This document shows positions 11,509 through 25,204 of a DNA stretch of 64,000 nucleotides, piece by piece. Each line of letters opens with the position of its first letter. Positions within the stretch are counted from its first letter, which is position 1. The notes beneath the pieces were generated by a model. The model was not told the origin of the DNA. It ran no database searches and saw nothing but the letters and a program-made list of their open reading frames with translations. Position numbers and translations under genes: made by a program. Source of the stretch: Octopus sinensis (lineage: Eukaryota); NCBI RefSeq assembly GCF_006345805.1, contig NC_043026.1:2852001-2916000 (forward strand), read 5' to 3'.

Positions 11509-12203
11509 ATATATATAATAGAAATATTAAAATAACTAAGTCTCTCTAAAAGAGATTGCGGCAGCGTTCCTGGAAATTAATAGTTATCGCCATACTAATA
11601 TGGCATTCTTATAAAAATAAGAAAAAAGCTGTCCGCTTACTAGCTCCATGAGGCCATCGCCTTAGGTTAGCTATTCGATACACAAACTGTATCCATATAA
11701 CCTTCGAACAAATACAGTTAGTGTATCGAATAGCTAACTTAAGGCGATGGCCTCATGGAGCTAGTAAGCGGACAGCTTTTTTCTTATTTTTATAAGAATG
11801 CCATATTAGTATGGCGATAACTATTAATGTATATATATATATATACATTACATATATATATCAAAAATAAGGGTGAAAAAAATTAGATGTTAATTTAATA
11901 ATACCATCAATTTAACACCAAGTGGTTTAGCGCATAAAAACCAGGGATACAATAAAAATTTATACACAAACATAAGAGAGTGTCCACTATGTGGTCGACT
12001 CTTGCGCTAAAAATAGATCCGCTATGGTCTCAACCACCAAGAATTGTTTCCAAGGAGAATCAGCACAACTATGATCGTAAACGAGAAGGACAAATGCAAA
12101 ATAACATGTCCTGCTGATTCTCCTTGGAAACAATTCTTGGTGGTTGAGACCATAGTGGATCTATTTTTAGCGCAAGAGTCGACCACATAGTGGACACTCT
12201 TAT

Positions 12204-12612
12204 ACTCTTTACTCTTTTACTTGTTTCAGTCATTTGACGGCGGCCTTGCTGGAGCACCGCCTTTAGTCGAGCAAATCGACCCCGGGACTTATTCTTTTGT
12301 AAGCCTAGTACTTATTCTATCGGTCTCTTTTGCCGAACCGCTAAGTGAAGGGGACGTATACACACCAGCATCGGTTGTCAAGCAATGCTAGGGGGACAAA
12401 CACGGACACACAAACACACACATACATATATATATATATATACATATATACGACAGGCTTCTTTCAGTTTCCGCCTACCAAATCCACTCACAAGGCATTG
12501 GTCGGCCCGGGGCTATAGCAGAAGACACTTGCCCAAGATGCCACGCAGTGGGACTGAAGCCGCAACCATGTGGTTGGTTAGCAAGGTACTTACCACACAG
12601 CCACTCCTGCGC
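12204..12612 (-). mobile_element. tRNA-derived SINE family A
   Basis: GGAGTGGCTGTGTGGTAAG...GGTTCAGTCCC head and shared body; other copies or fragments at about 16323, 35341, 35570, 40900, 42770, 53460, 60055, 62245 and 63630. Confidence 0.85.
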
Positions 12613-12615
12613 CTG

Positions 12616-13042
12616 TATATATATATATATATGTGTATATATATATATATGTATATATATATATGTATGTATGTATGTATATATATATGTATGTATATAT
12701 ATATGTATGTATGTATATATATATGTATGTATGTATATATATATATATGTATGTATGTATATGCATGTATGTATATATATGTATGTATGTATATGTATGT
12801 ATGTATATGTATGTATGTATATATATATATATGTATGTATGTATATATATATGTATATATATATATGTATGTTATATATATGTATATAATATATATGTAT
12901 GTATATATATGATGTATATATATATGTATGTATATATATGATGTATATATATATGTATGTATATATATATGTATGTATATATATGATGTATATATGTATG
13001 TATATATATATGTATGTATATATATATGTATGTATATATATA

Positions 13043-13075
<33 letters not shown>

Positions 13076-13120
13076 TGTATGTATGTATATATATATATAT
13101 ATATTTATTATATATATATG

Positions 13121-13165
<45 letters not shown>

Positions 13166-13256
13166 GTATATATATGTATGTATGTATATATATGTATGTA
13201 TGTATATATATGTATGTATGTATATATATGTATGTATGTATATATATGTATGTATG

Positions 13257-13287
<31 letters not shown>

Positions 13288-13295
13288 TATATATG

Positions 13296-13334
<39 letters not shown>

Positions 13335-13402
13335 GTATATATATGTATGTTGTATATATATGTATGTATGTATATATATGTATGTAATATATATATGTAT
13401 GT

Positions 13403-13443
<41 letters not shown>

Positions 13444-14065
13444 TATATGTATGTATGTATATATATATGTTGTATGTATAGTAGTATGTATTATGTATAT
13501 ATATGTATGTATATATATGTATATATATGTATGTTATATATATATATGTATGTATATATAGGTATGTATATATTGTATGTATATATATGTATGTATATAT
13601 ATGTAGTATATATATATATATGTATGTATATATATAATATATATATGTATGTATATATATATATATGTATGTATATATATATATATGTATGTATATATAT
13701 ATATGTTATGTATATATATATATATGTATGTGTATATTATATATATGTATGTATATATATATATATGTATGTATGTATATATATATATATGTATGTATAT
13801 ATATATATATATAATATATAGTATGTATATATATATATATATATGTATGTTATATATATGTATGTATAATATATATATTGTATGTATATATATATATGTA
13901 TGTATATATATATATATGTTATTATATATTAGTATATGTATGTATATATATATATATGTATGTATATATATATATATGTATGTATATATATAATATATGT
14001 ATGTATATATATATATATGTATGTATATATATATATGTATGTATATATATATATAATATAGTATG

Positions 14066-14101
<36 letters not shown>

Positions 14102-14108
14102 TATGTAG

Positions 14109-14142
<34 letters not shown>

Positions 14143-14145
14143 TAT
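12616..14145. repeat. (TA)n/(TATG)n compound microsatellite, about 1.5 kb
   Basis: Direct reading. Confidence 0.98.
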
Positions 14146-14654
14146 ATAGATAAATTACTTGAGGGAATATTATTCCTAACTTAGAGGGAAAATTCGTTTA
14201 GAAATACTAAATCAAATTTCACAAAATATAATATATATATATATATATAAATTAGAAAAAAAACACCTTTTATCAATTCAAAATGAACAAATTAAATTAA
14301 ATTACACCAAATTTCATTCTAGATGGTGTAATTTAATTGTGCATTTTGAATTGATAAAAGGTGGGTTTTTTTCTAATATTAATTTTGGAGGCAGGTATTT
14401 TCTGTATAGAATACACTTGGTTGTGGTCCAAAGATTTGAACTTTTTCTGGTAGAGGAGTAAATGTAAGGATGAACAAGGTAGGCAAGTTGATATACAGAA
14501 AAATATTAAATACTTTTAATTCAAACAAATGTACGTATAAAAAAAAAAGGGTCTCACTTACACAAAATGGAAATGATATCAAGAGTTAAGTGGGTTCAGT
14601 AGGAGTTTTACAAGTCTAACAACTGTTACTTGGGGGGGGGGGGGATTGTATTTA

Positions 14655-15322
14655 ATCATCATCATCATCATCGTTTAGCATCCGTTTTCCATGCTAGCAT
14701 GGGTTGGACGGTTCAACTGAGGTCTGTGAAGCCAGAAGGCTGCACCAGGCCCAGTCTGATCTGGCTGTGTTTCTACGGCTGGATGCCCTTCCTAACGCCA
14801 ACCACTCCAAGAGTGTAGTGGGTGCTTTTTACGTGCCACCGGCACAGGTGCCAGACGAGTCTGGCAAATGGCCACGATTGGTTGGTGCTTTTTATGTGGC
14901 ACGGGGGCCAGGCGGGGCGGCGCTGGCAACGGCCACGTTCGGATGGTTCTCTCACGTGCCACTGGCACTGGTATCTCAGCTGCAATTTCCATTGATCGAT
15001 TTCAATTATAATATTGTTTGTATATCGACTTGGCTAACTTGCTTGTCTTTACAAGTTACTGCTATATATATCTATACTCTTTTACTTGCACACCACAACT
15101 GATGCTTCTTAGGTCCAACTTCTCTCTCAAGGTACTTACACTCTGTCGATTATGAACACTAACATTACACATCCATCGGAGCATACGGCTTCATTTCTTG
15201 CGAGCTTATGCATATCCTCAGCAGTCACAGCCCATGTTTCACTACCATGTAGCATGGCTGTACGTACACATGCATCATACAGTCTGCCTTTTACTATGAG
15301 CAAGAGGCCTTTTGTCACCAGC
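14655..15322 (-). mobile_element. RTE-clade LINE 3' fragment: ORF remnant, 3' UTR and (GAT)n tail
   Basis: KGRLYDACVRTAMLHGSETWAV motif; tail AAACGATGATGAT. Confidence 0.8.
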
Positions 15323-16830
15323 AGGGATATATATATATATATATGTAAGAGTTAGCACTTCCTTCTCTAAGCCTAGATACGAAATCGAATCCAAGAATCA
15401 TCGTTCGTCCAAACCAATGCAATTAAAGGCACGAAATTTAAGAATCCCTTTGTTCTGTCAAAAACTGATTGATCATCTCCCTTTGACCTGCGACCTTCAG
15501 CCATGTCAGGCTGAGTTCAAATGGACAAATGCTGACCTAAATAAGCATTGTCTCTATTGCGATATGTCTGTTTTTCTAGCTGTCTCAAATATTATAAATA
15601 CAGGGAAAAACAGAGAAGGCGGACAATCGCAGCAGAGACGACAGACAGAGAAATGCTCACAGTATCTATTGACTACTGTTTCGAATGAAACACACACACA
15701 CACACACACAAACATATTCATCTTTAATATGTGTTCCTTACAAGCAATGCGTAGCATTTGCTTACAATTTTATGTAGTATATTTATAATCCATGTAAATA
15801 AATCCCTTTTTAACCATGAAACGGTTTATGTATTTGTTTACATGCACACACATCCACTACATATATATATATATATATCCTTTATTAATAAAGCTGCAAA
15901 GACATCCCAAAAGCTGTTTCGCAGAGTTTCATGTTTCCGTTCATCGGACGGTTTTGGTTGAGAATGGAACAAAATATGGTTATATAAGTAAATATACAAT
16001 TGCTTTGTTAGATACACATTTGTAAATGGTTTTGTTCCACTGGTCCAATTGTTAGGAGCAATGAAACAAAACCATTTTCAAATGTGTATCTATCAAAGTA
16101 ATTGTATATTTACGTATATAACCATATTTTGTTCCATTCTCAACCAAAACTGTTCAACGAAAGGGAACGTGAAACTCTGAGTAACAGTTTTTTGTGATGT
16201 CTTTGCAGCCTTATTGATAAAGCATATTACTCTACCTCTGGTATTTGAGTACATTTTTTGTCCACCTTGTTTCACATTTATGTGCTTACTCTGGTGTGTG
16301 TGTGTGTGTGTGTATGTATATATATATATATATATATATATAGGAGTGGCTGTGTGGTAAGAAGATTGCTTCTTACCTTGGGCAAGTGTCTTCTACTATA
16401 GCCTCAGGCCGACCAAAGCCTTGTGACTGAATTTAGTAGATGGAAACTGAAAGAAGCCCATCGTATATATATATGTGTGTGTATGTGTTTCTGTGTCTGT
16501 GTTTGTCCCTCCATCCCGTCGCTTGACAACCGATGCTGGTGTGTTTACGTCCCTGTAACTTAGCGGTTCGGCAAAAGAGATAGAATAAGTCCTGGGGTCG
16601 ATTTGCTCGACTAAAAAGGTGGTGCTCCAGCATGGCCACAGTCAAAACGACTGAAACAAGTAAAAGAATATATATATGAAATCTGTGACTATTGTAGGAT
16701 ATCAGTAGCTTCCTCAGTGTGTGTATGGATCTGTGTGTGTTTAAGTGTATGTATGTGTACATACACACACTCACACGCGCCTGCCTTCTTTCTGTCTGTG
16801 TATCTCTCTGTCTTTGCATTTCTTCTCCAG

Positions 16831-17025
16831 GATAATGTCAACACTCTTCTACCAGTCTTTGAGAACTTCTTATCAACAGCCGCCAACACGGCCAGCAACG
16901 ATGCTGTGCGGCAAAGTATTGTTATCCTAATGGGTTCCCTGGCCAAACATTTGGACAAGAGTGACCCCAAGGTGAAGCCTATTGTGGCTCGACTGATCAG
17001 CGCCCTCTCAACACCATCGCAAGAG
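16831..17025 (+). CDS. GCN1: GCN1 exon w4 (DNVNTLLPVFE...LSTPSQE)
   Basis: cag|GAT, GAG|gtcagt; near-identical to GCN1 LMGSLAKHLDKSDPKVKPIV. Confidence 0.97.
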
Positions 17026-18289
17026 GTCAGTAACAAAAAACCCCTTTTTTTCTCTTTTTATTTTATTTATTTTGTTTTCGAAGGTGAACGGGGAACAGGT
17101 TGGAGATTTAAAGACAATTGACCAACACCTTATTTTATCTTAACCATCATCATCATCATCATCATCTGTTCATATTAGGCCTGGGTGGTCATGGTTAAGT
17201 TGTCATTTAGTGTTATTGTGTTCATAGATTGATCAAAAGTCAATAAATTGCTTGCAGGTTCTATTTTTGGCTTGGTATCTATTGCTGGATGTCCTTCCTA
17301 ACATCAACCCCTATACAGGGTATGGATGTGCTTTTTCGACCCTGTACGATCTCCAGTCAATGCCAACCCCTTTACAGAGTGGTGAGGGAAGGGTTTTATT
17401 CCGTTGTAGCTCCAGCACTCTGCTGTCATTGCCTGATAAGACTGGACAGTCCACATTAAACGTATGAGGTGCCTTTTTGGTCAAGACTGAGACTTAATGA
17501 AATAACAGAGAGGTTGAAGAGAGGAGGAGAACCAAGATTGATAGATGGAGCGAGTGAGCATGTGGTGGAGGGGGATAAAAATGGGGAAAGTGCTTTTTAT
17601 GTGGCACCAGCAGCAATGGGGTTACCAAATACTTTGCAAGCATCTGAATAAATAAAGATTGCATTTGACAGAATAATCATTAACGTATAACATCTGTTTT
17701 CCATGTTGGCATGGGTTGGACGGCTTGACAGGCGCTTGTAGGGCCAGGGGCCACACCGGGGTCCATAGGCTGGTTTCTACAGCTGCATGACCTTCACTTT
17801 TTGGAGGGTTCTCGGTGCTTCTCATGTGGTACCAGCACAAATGCTTTTTACCTGGTACCTCAGTTTTAGGGTATCAGTTCTGTTATGGTGGATGGATCTT
17901 CTCAAGAACAGCAATGTGCCACATATCTCAGTCCTTTGGTATCTCATAAGGCCCAGCATTTCAAGATCAGCCTTCAGTATTTTGTCCTATGTTTTCCTCG
18001 GACTCCCTCTTCTACAACTTCCCTCCACTTTAAGTAATTGACTGAATGTTAAAGGGTTGAGATATTAATGTTTGTTGCTGTACTGTTCCAGTATGGCCTT
18101 AGCTGAGCAGAACTATGCTGTAAAGTGTTTCCACATATGACCACTCCGTCTAAACCAGCTATTGTGTAACTTACGGAATATTGTCTAATGCTGTCTTGGC
18201 TCTGACTTCAAGATAATTAACAAGATGTCCGACTGCTATTTCTAGCTGATTTAATGACCATTAAGAGGCTCTTGTTGTTGTTGTTGCAG

Positions 18290-18536
18290 GTTCAAATAGC
18301 AGTGTCGTACTGCTTACCCCCTCTGGTGCCAGCCATTGGTGCAGATGCCACAACCATTGTGCAGCAGCTGCTGCGACTACTGCTGGAGTCTGAGAATTAT
18401 GGAGAGAGAAAAGGTGCCGCCTATGGACTAGCTGGCCTCGTCAAAGGGCTCGGCATCGTGGCCCTGAAGAAAATGGGCATTATTAACACATTGACAGAAG
18501 CTATCAAGGACAAGAAGAACCCACGGCGGAGAGAAG
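18290..18536 (+). CDS. GCN1: GCN1 exon w5 (VQIAVSYCLPPLVPAI...KKNPRRRE)
   Basis: cag|GTT, G|gtcagt; ERKGAAYGLAGLVKGLGI motif. Confidence 0.97.
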
Positions 18537-18685
18537 GTCAGTATAGTTTGGGTCGGCCATCAGCAAGATCTACGATCAGACATCCCATCCATGGCCATCC
18601 TAACTTTTTTCTACACACAGGGAACCCGGCACCACATATACAATAAATTTCTTTTCTCTAAAACAGTACTGTGGGGGTTTAAGAG

Positions 18686-19045
18686 AGATTTGGCTGCTAT
18701 TTCTACCAAATCTAGCTACTATTTAGAGGTCTTCTTCATTGGCTCATACATAAGACTAGGGAGGTTTAGCTGCTATTTCTCCCAGGTCTTGCTACTGTTT
18801 AGACATCTCTCTCTCTCATTGGCTTATACATACATATATACATATGTATGTGTGATTTGAGGAAGATTTGGCTGCTATTTCTACCAGGTCTAGCTACCAT
18901 CTAGAGGCTTCCCTCGTTAGCTCATACATACATAAGACAGTTGGGTATGATTTAAGGGAGATTTAGCTATCATTTCTACTCGATCTAGCTGTCTGGAGAG
19001 GCCTCCTTCATTGACTAATACATATAGAAGTCCTCTTTCATTGGA
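18686..19045. repeat. Degenerate ~90-bp tandem repeat (GATTTGGCTGCTATTTCT...)
   Basis: About 4 diverged units; a related array lies at 47545-48010. Confidence 0.6.
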
Positions 19046-19063
19046 TCACACATATATATTTAT

Positions 19064-19273
19064 ACTCTTTACTCTTTTACTTGTTTCAGTCATTTGACTG
19101 CGGCCATGCTGGAGCACCGCCTTTAATCGAGCAACTCGACCCCAGTACTTATTCTTTTGTAAGCCCAGTACTTATTCTATCGGTCTCTTTTGCCGAACCG
19201 CTAAGTAACAGGGACATAAACACACCAGCATTGGTTGTCAAGCAATACTAGGGAGACAAACACAGACACACAA

Positions 19274-19334
<61 letters not shown>

Positions 19335-19690
19335 CATATATACGACGGGCTTCTTTCAGTTTCTGTCTACCAAATCCACTCACAAGGCTTTGGTCGGCCC
19401 GAGGCTATAGTAGAAGACACTTGCCCAAGGTGCCATGCAGTGGGACTGAACCCAGGACCAAGTGGTTGATAAACAAGCTACTTACCACACAGCCACTCCT
19501 GCACCTATATATATATATATACATATATACGACGGGCTTCTTTCAGTTTCCATCTACCAAATCCACTGACAAGGCTTTGGTTGGCTCGAGGCTACAGTAG
19601 AAGACACTTGCCCAAGGTGCCACGCAGTGGGACTGAACCCGGTACCATGTGGTTGGTTAGCAAGCTACTTACTACACAGCCACTCCTGTA
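19064..19690 (-). mobile_element. SINE A with duplicated head segment
   Basis: Head region appears twice (about 19345-19503 and 19528-19687). Confidence 0.8.
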
Positions 19691-19886
19691 TATGTATATA
19701 TATATATTTATATGTATGTATGTATGTATACAAGGAAAGCGGTTTCCTTTATAGCGATCCATCGCATGACATCGCATCCATCGCATGACATCCAGCAGCA
19801 TGACTTGTATCGCTACCACATCTACTACACTACCAACAACACAACTACTACTACTACTACAACCTTTACTACTGTTTTTACTGCAG

Positions 19887-20008
19887 GTTCCCTCTTTGCA
19901 TTTGAGATGCTGTGTACTATGTTGGGCAAATTGTTCGAACCATACGTGGTGGTGATATTACCACACCTACTGCTGTGTTTTGGTGACCACAACATGTACG
20001 TCAGACAG
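19887..20008 (+). CDS. GCN1: GCN1 exon w6 ([21 protein letters not shown]...YVRQ)
   Basis: cag|GT, CAG|gtgagt; phase 1/0. Confidence 0.97.
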
Positions 20009-20023
20009 GTGAGTATATTTGTA

Positions 20024-20059
<36 letters not shown>

Positions 20060-20671
20060 CAGTTAGAACTGGAACAATAGAATGATCGCATTACGGGATC
20101 AATTCTCATCCATCTTTAGCTACTGGTCAAACACCACGGGGCATACATTCATTACAGACATATTATAGTCATGCTATTTCAAGCTCTCGTTAGTTTGGGG
20201 CTGCAGGTCCAATTAGCCCTCTGCAGGAGCTAGTTTAAAAGTCCACATGGAGTGCAGCTTTTAACCTAGTAATTAATATAAACCAATTTAAATTGAGTTT
20301 TATCCTTCGTTATTGAGTTAAACACCTTCCATCCTGCACCATCACCCCATAATCTTTGAAATTTCAGCTTCCATATCTCAGCCCCTAGTCACTGTGTGCC
20401 CTAAGTGTACTCCTTTTACCCCCTCAATTTCATCACTTCCCACCTCTATTCACCTCTTTAGTACATCTTCCAACTGCATATATTTTGTCTTCATAGAGCT
20501 CATTTTAAGGCCTAACTGCTATATATTGGATCGTCCCATAAAGAATGGGGTTTCTTTATACTTTTTTACTTTTCAAAATTGAGGCAAAGTTCTTTTTTAA
20601 TCTGAAATATACTCTCCTTCATTTTCTACAAAGCTCTTCTGTCTATCTGGTAGACTTGCAAGGCCCCTCTT

Positions 20672-21420
20672 TCAAGGTTTATTTGTCCCTGATGAAAAAT
20701 ACTCTTCCAGTACGGTTCTGCCCTTGTCTACAGAATTCATATTTTGTCCATGCAAATGATTTTGAAGATTACAGAATAAATGATAATCAGGTGGAGTACT
20801 GTCTGGTGAATATGGTGGGTGAGGAATCGTTTTCCATTCAAACTGCTCCAGCGTTTGGAATGCCATCCTCGCTGTATGTGGCCGAGTATTATCCTGATGG
20901 AAGAACATCTTTCATCTTGAAACCAAAGATGGTCATTTTTCTTCCAGTGCAGGTGTCGATGAATGGGTGGATGCCCAAATCCAAGCTTCACTGCTGGTTC
21001 CTCAACAGTTACGACAGAATTTTGTTTCACCAGGGTTTGCAGGATGTCCTCATCAAGATCTACAGATCTTGCAGGATGAGACTCATTTTCTAGGCTGCAG
21101 TTTCCAGCTCAGAATTTCTGGAACCCCCATTGACACTGGCTTACACTTATTGTCCGATCTCCATAGACTGCATTAATAGACCACACACTTTCCATTGCAT
21201 GTTACCTTTATTGAACTCATAAAACAAAATATGCCGAATATGCTCCATTGTCACTTCCATTATAACTTCGAAAAAATAGCTGTTAAAAATGAACTGGGCT
21301 CTTCAAAAGTTGCACTAAGAATAGTACCAAGATAAAATTACTCCCTGCTTTTATAGCAAGTTGATGCAGGTAGTTTATCCCATTCCCCCTCTGACTTTTA
21401 GTTCATGCAATTGAATAAAC
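20672..21420 (-). mobile_element. Mariner transposase remnant with internal deletion
   Basis: FHQDNTRPH...HPPYSPD..P.DYHLF motif and HTH remnants; a related copy lies at 31850-32403. Confidence 0.85.
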
Positions 21421-21449
21421 CACTTTATTTATGGGATGACCCAATATAT

Positions 21450-21855
21450 GCTCTTTTACTTGTTTCAGTCATTTTGGACTGCGGCCATGCTGGAGCACCG
21501 CCTTTAGTCGAGCAACTCGACCCCGGGACTTATTCTTTTGTAAGCCCAGTACTTATTCTATCGGTCTCTTTTGCCGAACCGCTAAGTAACAGGGACGTAA
21601 ACACACCACCATCGGTTGTCAAGCAATGCTAGGGGGACAAACACAGACACACAAACACACACACACACACACATACATATATATATACATATATACGACG
21701 AGCTTCTTTCAGTTTCCGTCTACCAAATCCACTCACAAGGCATTGGTCGGCCCGAGGCTATAGTAGAAGACACTTGCCCAAGGTGCCACACAGTGGGACT
21801 GAACCCAGAACCATGTGGTTGGTTAGCAAGCTACTTACCACACAGCCATTCCTGT
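21450..21855 (-). mobile_element. SINE A
   Basis: Same sequence family as 12204-12612. Confidence 0.85.
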
Positions 21856-21949
21856 ATATGTATATAAAACTTCCTTTATATCTCTCCCCCTGTCTCCTCT
21901 TTCTCTTTTGAAGTGGCTTTCTGGTTAGGGCATTTGGATCGCAATTTTG

Positions 21950-22630
21950 AAGTTTTGAGTTCAATTTCCGGTGATGTCTTGTGTCCTTAAGCAAGATACT
22001 TCATTTCACGCTGCTCCAAAAGTGAGTTGGACCTGTAAGTCAAAGGGGCCACTTTGTCACACTCTGTGTCACGCTGAAACTTTCTCAGAAATACATGAAG
22101 GGTACGCATGTCTGTGGAGTACTCAGCCACTTGCAAAATAACTTCACAAGCAGCCTGTTGTGTTGATCAAATCAATATAACCGATGGAGTGCAAATTATT
22201 TGTGATGGTACATTGCTTTATTGCTAGCATACTCAGCTCGTAATCATAAACTTGTGAGTTCAATTCCTGGCAGTTCATCGCATCCTTGAGCAAGTCTCTT
22301 TATTTCACTTTCTTCCAGCTGGCAAAAATGAGTTGTACCAGTAATTCAAAGGGGAACCAGTCTTGTCACATTCTGTGTCCTCCTGAACCTCCCTGAGAAC
22401 TACATTAAGGATATGTGTGTCTGTGGAGTACTCAGCCACTTGCACTTCAACTTCATGAGCAAGCTGTTCTGTTGGTCAGATCAACTGGAACCCTCGTCGT
22501 CGCAACCAACAAAGTGCCACACACTATATATGTATGTGTATATGTGTGTCTGTGTGGTGTACTCAGCCACTTGTATGTTAATTTTGCGAGCAGGTTGTTC
22601 TGTTGATCGGATCAACTGGAACCCTTCTTG
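21950..22630 (+). mobile_element. Cluster of SINE family E fragments
   Basis: Repeated GTGGAGTACTCAGCCACTTGC body; further copies at about 48700 (-) and 62590-62910. Confidence 0.7.
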
Positions 22631-22752
22631 TAAGGGCCTGTTTTTCCCTTTTTTTTGTGTGTGTGTGTGTGTGTGTGTGTACATGTATGTAATCTCTCTC
22701 TCTCTCTTTTTCTCTCTCACCCCCATCATCATAACACCACCCACAACAATAG

Positions 22753-22867
22753 GCGGCAGATGATACGGCCAAAGCTATTATGACCAACCTCAGTGGCCAT
22801 GGAGTAAAGTTTGTGCTGCCCTCTCTACTGAAGGGTCTGGAAGAAGATGCTTGGAGGACCAAAGCAG
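22753..22867 (+). CDS. GCN1: GCN1 exon w7 ([26 protein letters not shown]...WRTKA)
   Basis: tag|GCG, G|gtaaga; conserved HGVKxVLPSLL. Confidence 0.95.
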
Positions 22868-23380
22868 GTAAGACTTTCCCTTCGTTATTTCGTCATCTTG
22901 GAATGTAGGGTCTCAGAACCCCCACATTAGTGGCTGGCTGTTACAATAAGAACTCAGGTGTCGGGTCTTGTTAGAGTTGGTAGGAAAATGGCCATGAAGT
23001 CCTTCGCTGCTGCCATAGAAAGGAAAGGAAACGTCTGTTGTCCATGCTGGCATGGGTTGGACAGTTTGACCAGGGCTGGCAAGGCTGGAAGGCTGCACCA
23101 GGCTCCAGTCTGATTTGGCATGGTTTTCTACGGCTGGATGCCCTTCCTGACGCCAACCATTCCGAGAGTGTACCAGGTGCTTTTACATGCCACCGGCACA
23201 GATGCCATTTGTGCGACACCGGTATCTGTCACAACTGCGATTTTGTTCAGCTTGGTGGGTCTTCTTGAGTGTGACATAATGTCAAAAGGCTCGGTCATTG
23301 CCTCCGTGAGGCCCAACACTCAAAAGGAGCCCAGCCACTTCATCTGCATGAGGCATATGTGTATATGTGTGTGTGTGTGT

Positions 23381-23450
<70 letters not shown>

Positions 23451-25024
23451 AAAAGGAAATGAAGAAAATGCTGACAAAATAATTTAAGTAATTTAATTAG
23501 GAGAAAGTTCTTTTTACCGGTTGCGCATTTGTTATGCTTATCAAAATATATTTTTTAAAGAGAGATTAGAGTTCCTTTTTGATAGATTTTTTCCATCTAT
23601 CAAAAAGGAACTCTAATCTCTCTTTAAAAAATATATTTTGATAAGCATAACAAATGCGCAACCGGTAAAAAGAACTTTCTCCTAATTAAATTACTTAAAT
23701 TATTTTGTCAGCATTTTCTTCATTTCCTTTTTTTATATATCACAACTCGTGTTCCACATCTCCTTTTTTAAATATATATATATATATATATATATATTGG
23801 TAAAAACGGTAAGATAACAAAAGAAAGAGACCTCAATATTATGTAAATAGAGGAAATTTATCTATAAAATAATATGTACAATTACTTTGTTGTGCAAGAT
23901 TTTTTATGTGAAATCGTGTGTTGAAACAGATATTGTTGTATTTCGGAATGGTCATTTTGCCAGTTTAGCCAATAAAGATACAAATATTACAGGCATCCCC
24001 CCACACACACACACTAACTAAACATAGACACACATAGAGATACACGCATGCGCAAATGAAGACATACAATAGGAATACAAAATGGCTGACGGTTAGTAAG
24101 GAGAGACACACAAATAAGAAAGAAGAAAGCAAAGGACCACTGATGAGGTCACAGGAGTGTGACGAAAAAACTCTGGCCGAAATAAGATTTAGATTAATGT
24201 AAAAAATAAATAACACTGAAGCAAAATAACACCAAATGTATAGTGCGTGTGTTTTTATTGGCTAATCTGGCAATATGACCATTCCTAGATACAACAGTAT
24301 ATATATATATATGTATCATCATCATCATCATTTAGTGTCCGCTTTCCATGCTAGCATGGGTTGGACGGTTCAACTGGGGTCTGGGAGTGTTTCTACGGCT
24401 GGATGCCCTTCCTAATGCCAACCACTCTGTGAGTGTAGTGGGTGCTTTTTACCTGCCACCAGCACAGGTGCCAGACGAGTCTGGCAAATGGCCACGGACG
24501 GATGGTGCTTTTTACATATATATATATACATACATACACACACACTCCCCCCCCCCTCATTATCATTTAAAGTCCATTGTCCGTGCTGGCATCGGGTGGA
24601 CAGTTTGACCAGGCTGAGAAACTGAGGGCTATACTCCAGTATGCCATCATCAATTGAACGTCTGGTTTTATATGGTAGGAAGCATGGAAAAGTCATTAGG
24701 TTCAGTGCTGTTGCATGACCTATAGAGTTAATGAAATAAAGTACAATACCGGTAATATACTGGGGGGTTGGGGTTACTGTTGGTATAATCAACTATTGCC
24801 TCACCACCACCACCACCCATCTCCCTCCCTCAAATTTGAAGCTTGTGCTTTATTTTTATGTATATATCTGTCAGTTCACCACTCTTACACTACCACCAAT
24901 ACAATTATTGTTATATGATGCCTACCACACTAGCCCACCACCACCACCACAAAAAGCGCAACCACCTATACCACCATTGCCACTACATATCTCTCTATCT
25001 TTCCTTTTTTAATCCAAATACCAG

Positions 25025-25204
25025 GTTCTGTGGAACTGTTGGGTGCCATGGCCTTCTGTGCTCCAAAACAGCTGTCAGCCTGTCTCCCTAACATTGTACC
25101 AAAGCTGATTGAAGTCCTCACTGATTCCCACAACAAGGTCCAACGTGCTGGCGCCCAGGCTTTGCAACAGATCGGCTCCGTCATACGCAACCCGGAGATA
25201 CAAG
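25025..25204 (+). CDS. GCN1: GCN1 exon w8 ([17 protein letters not shown]...IRNPEIQ)
   Basis: cag|GT, G|gtaaga; phase 1/1. Confidence 0.97.

Noticed and set aside
12111-12145. CTGCTGA...GAAACAATT as a hammerhead
   Set aside because: Core mismatch, stem II overlaps GAAA, no NUH/stem I
12385-14143. Long Y/I/M/C/V-rich ORFs (also at 26862-29347, 33141-34566 and 40911-41765)
   Set aside because: Translations of (TA)/(TATG) microsatellites; no coding signal
15900-15955. CCGATGA...GAAACAGC on the minus strand as a hammerhead
   Set aside because: Core mutated in both arms and no closable stem I
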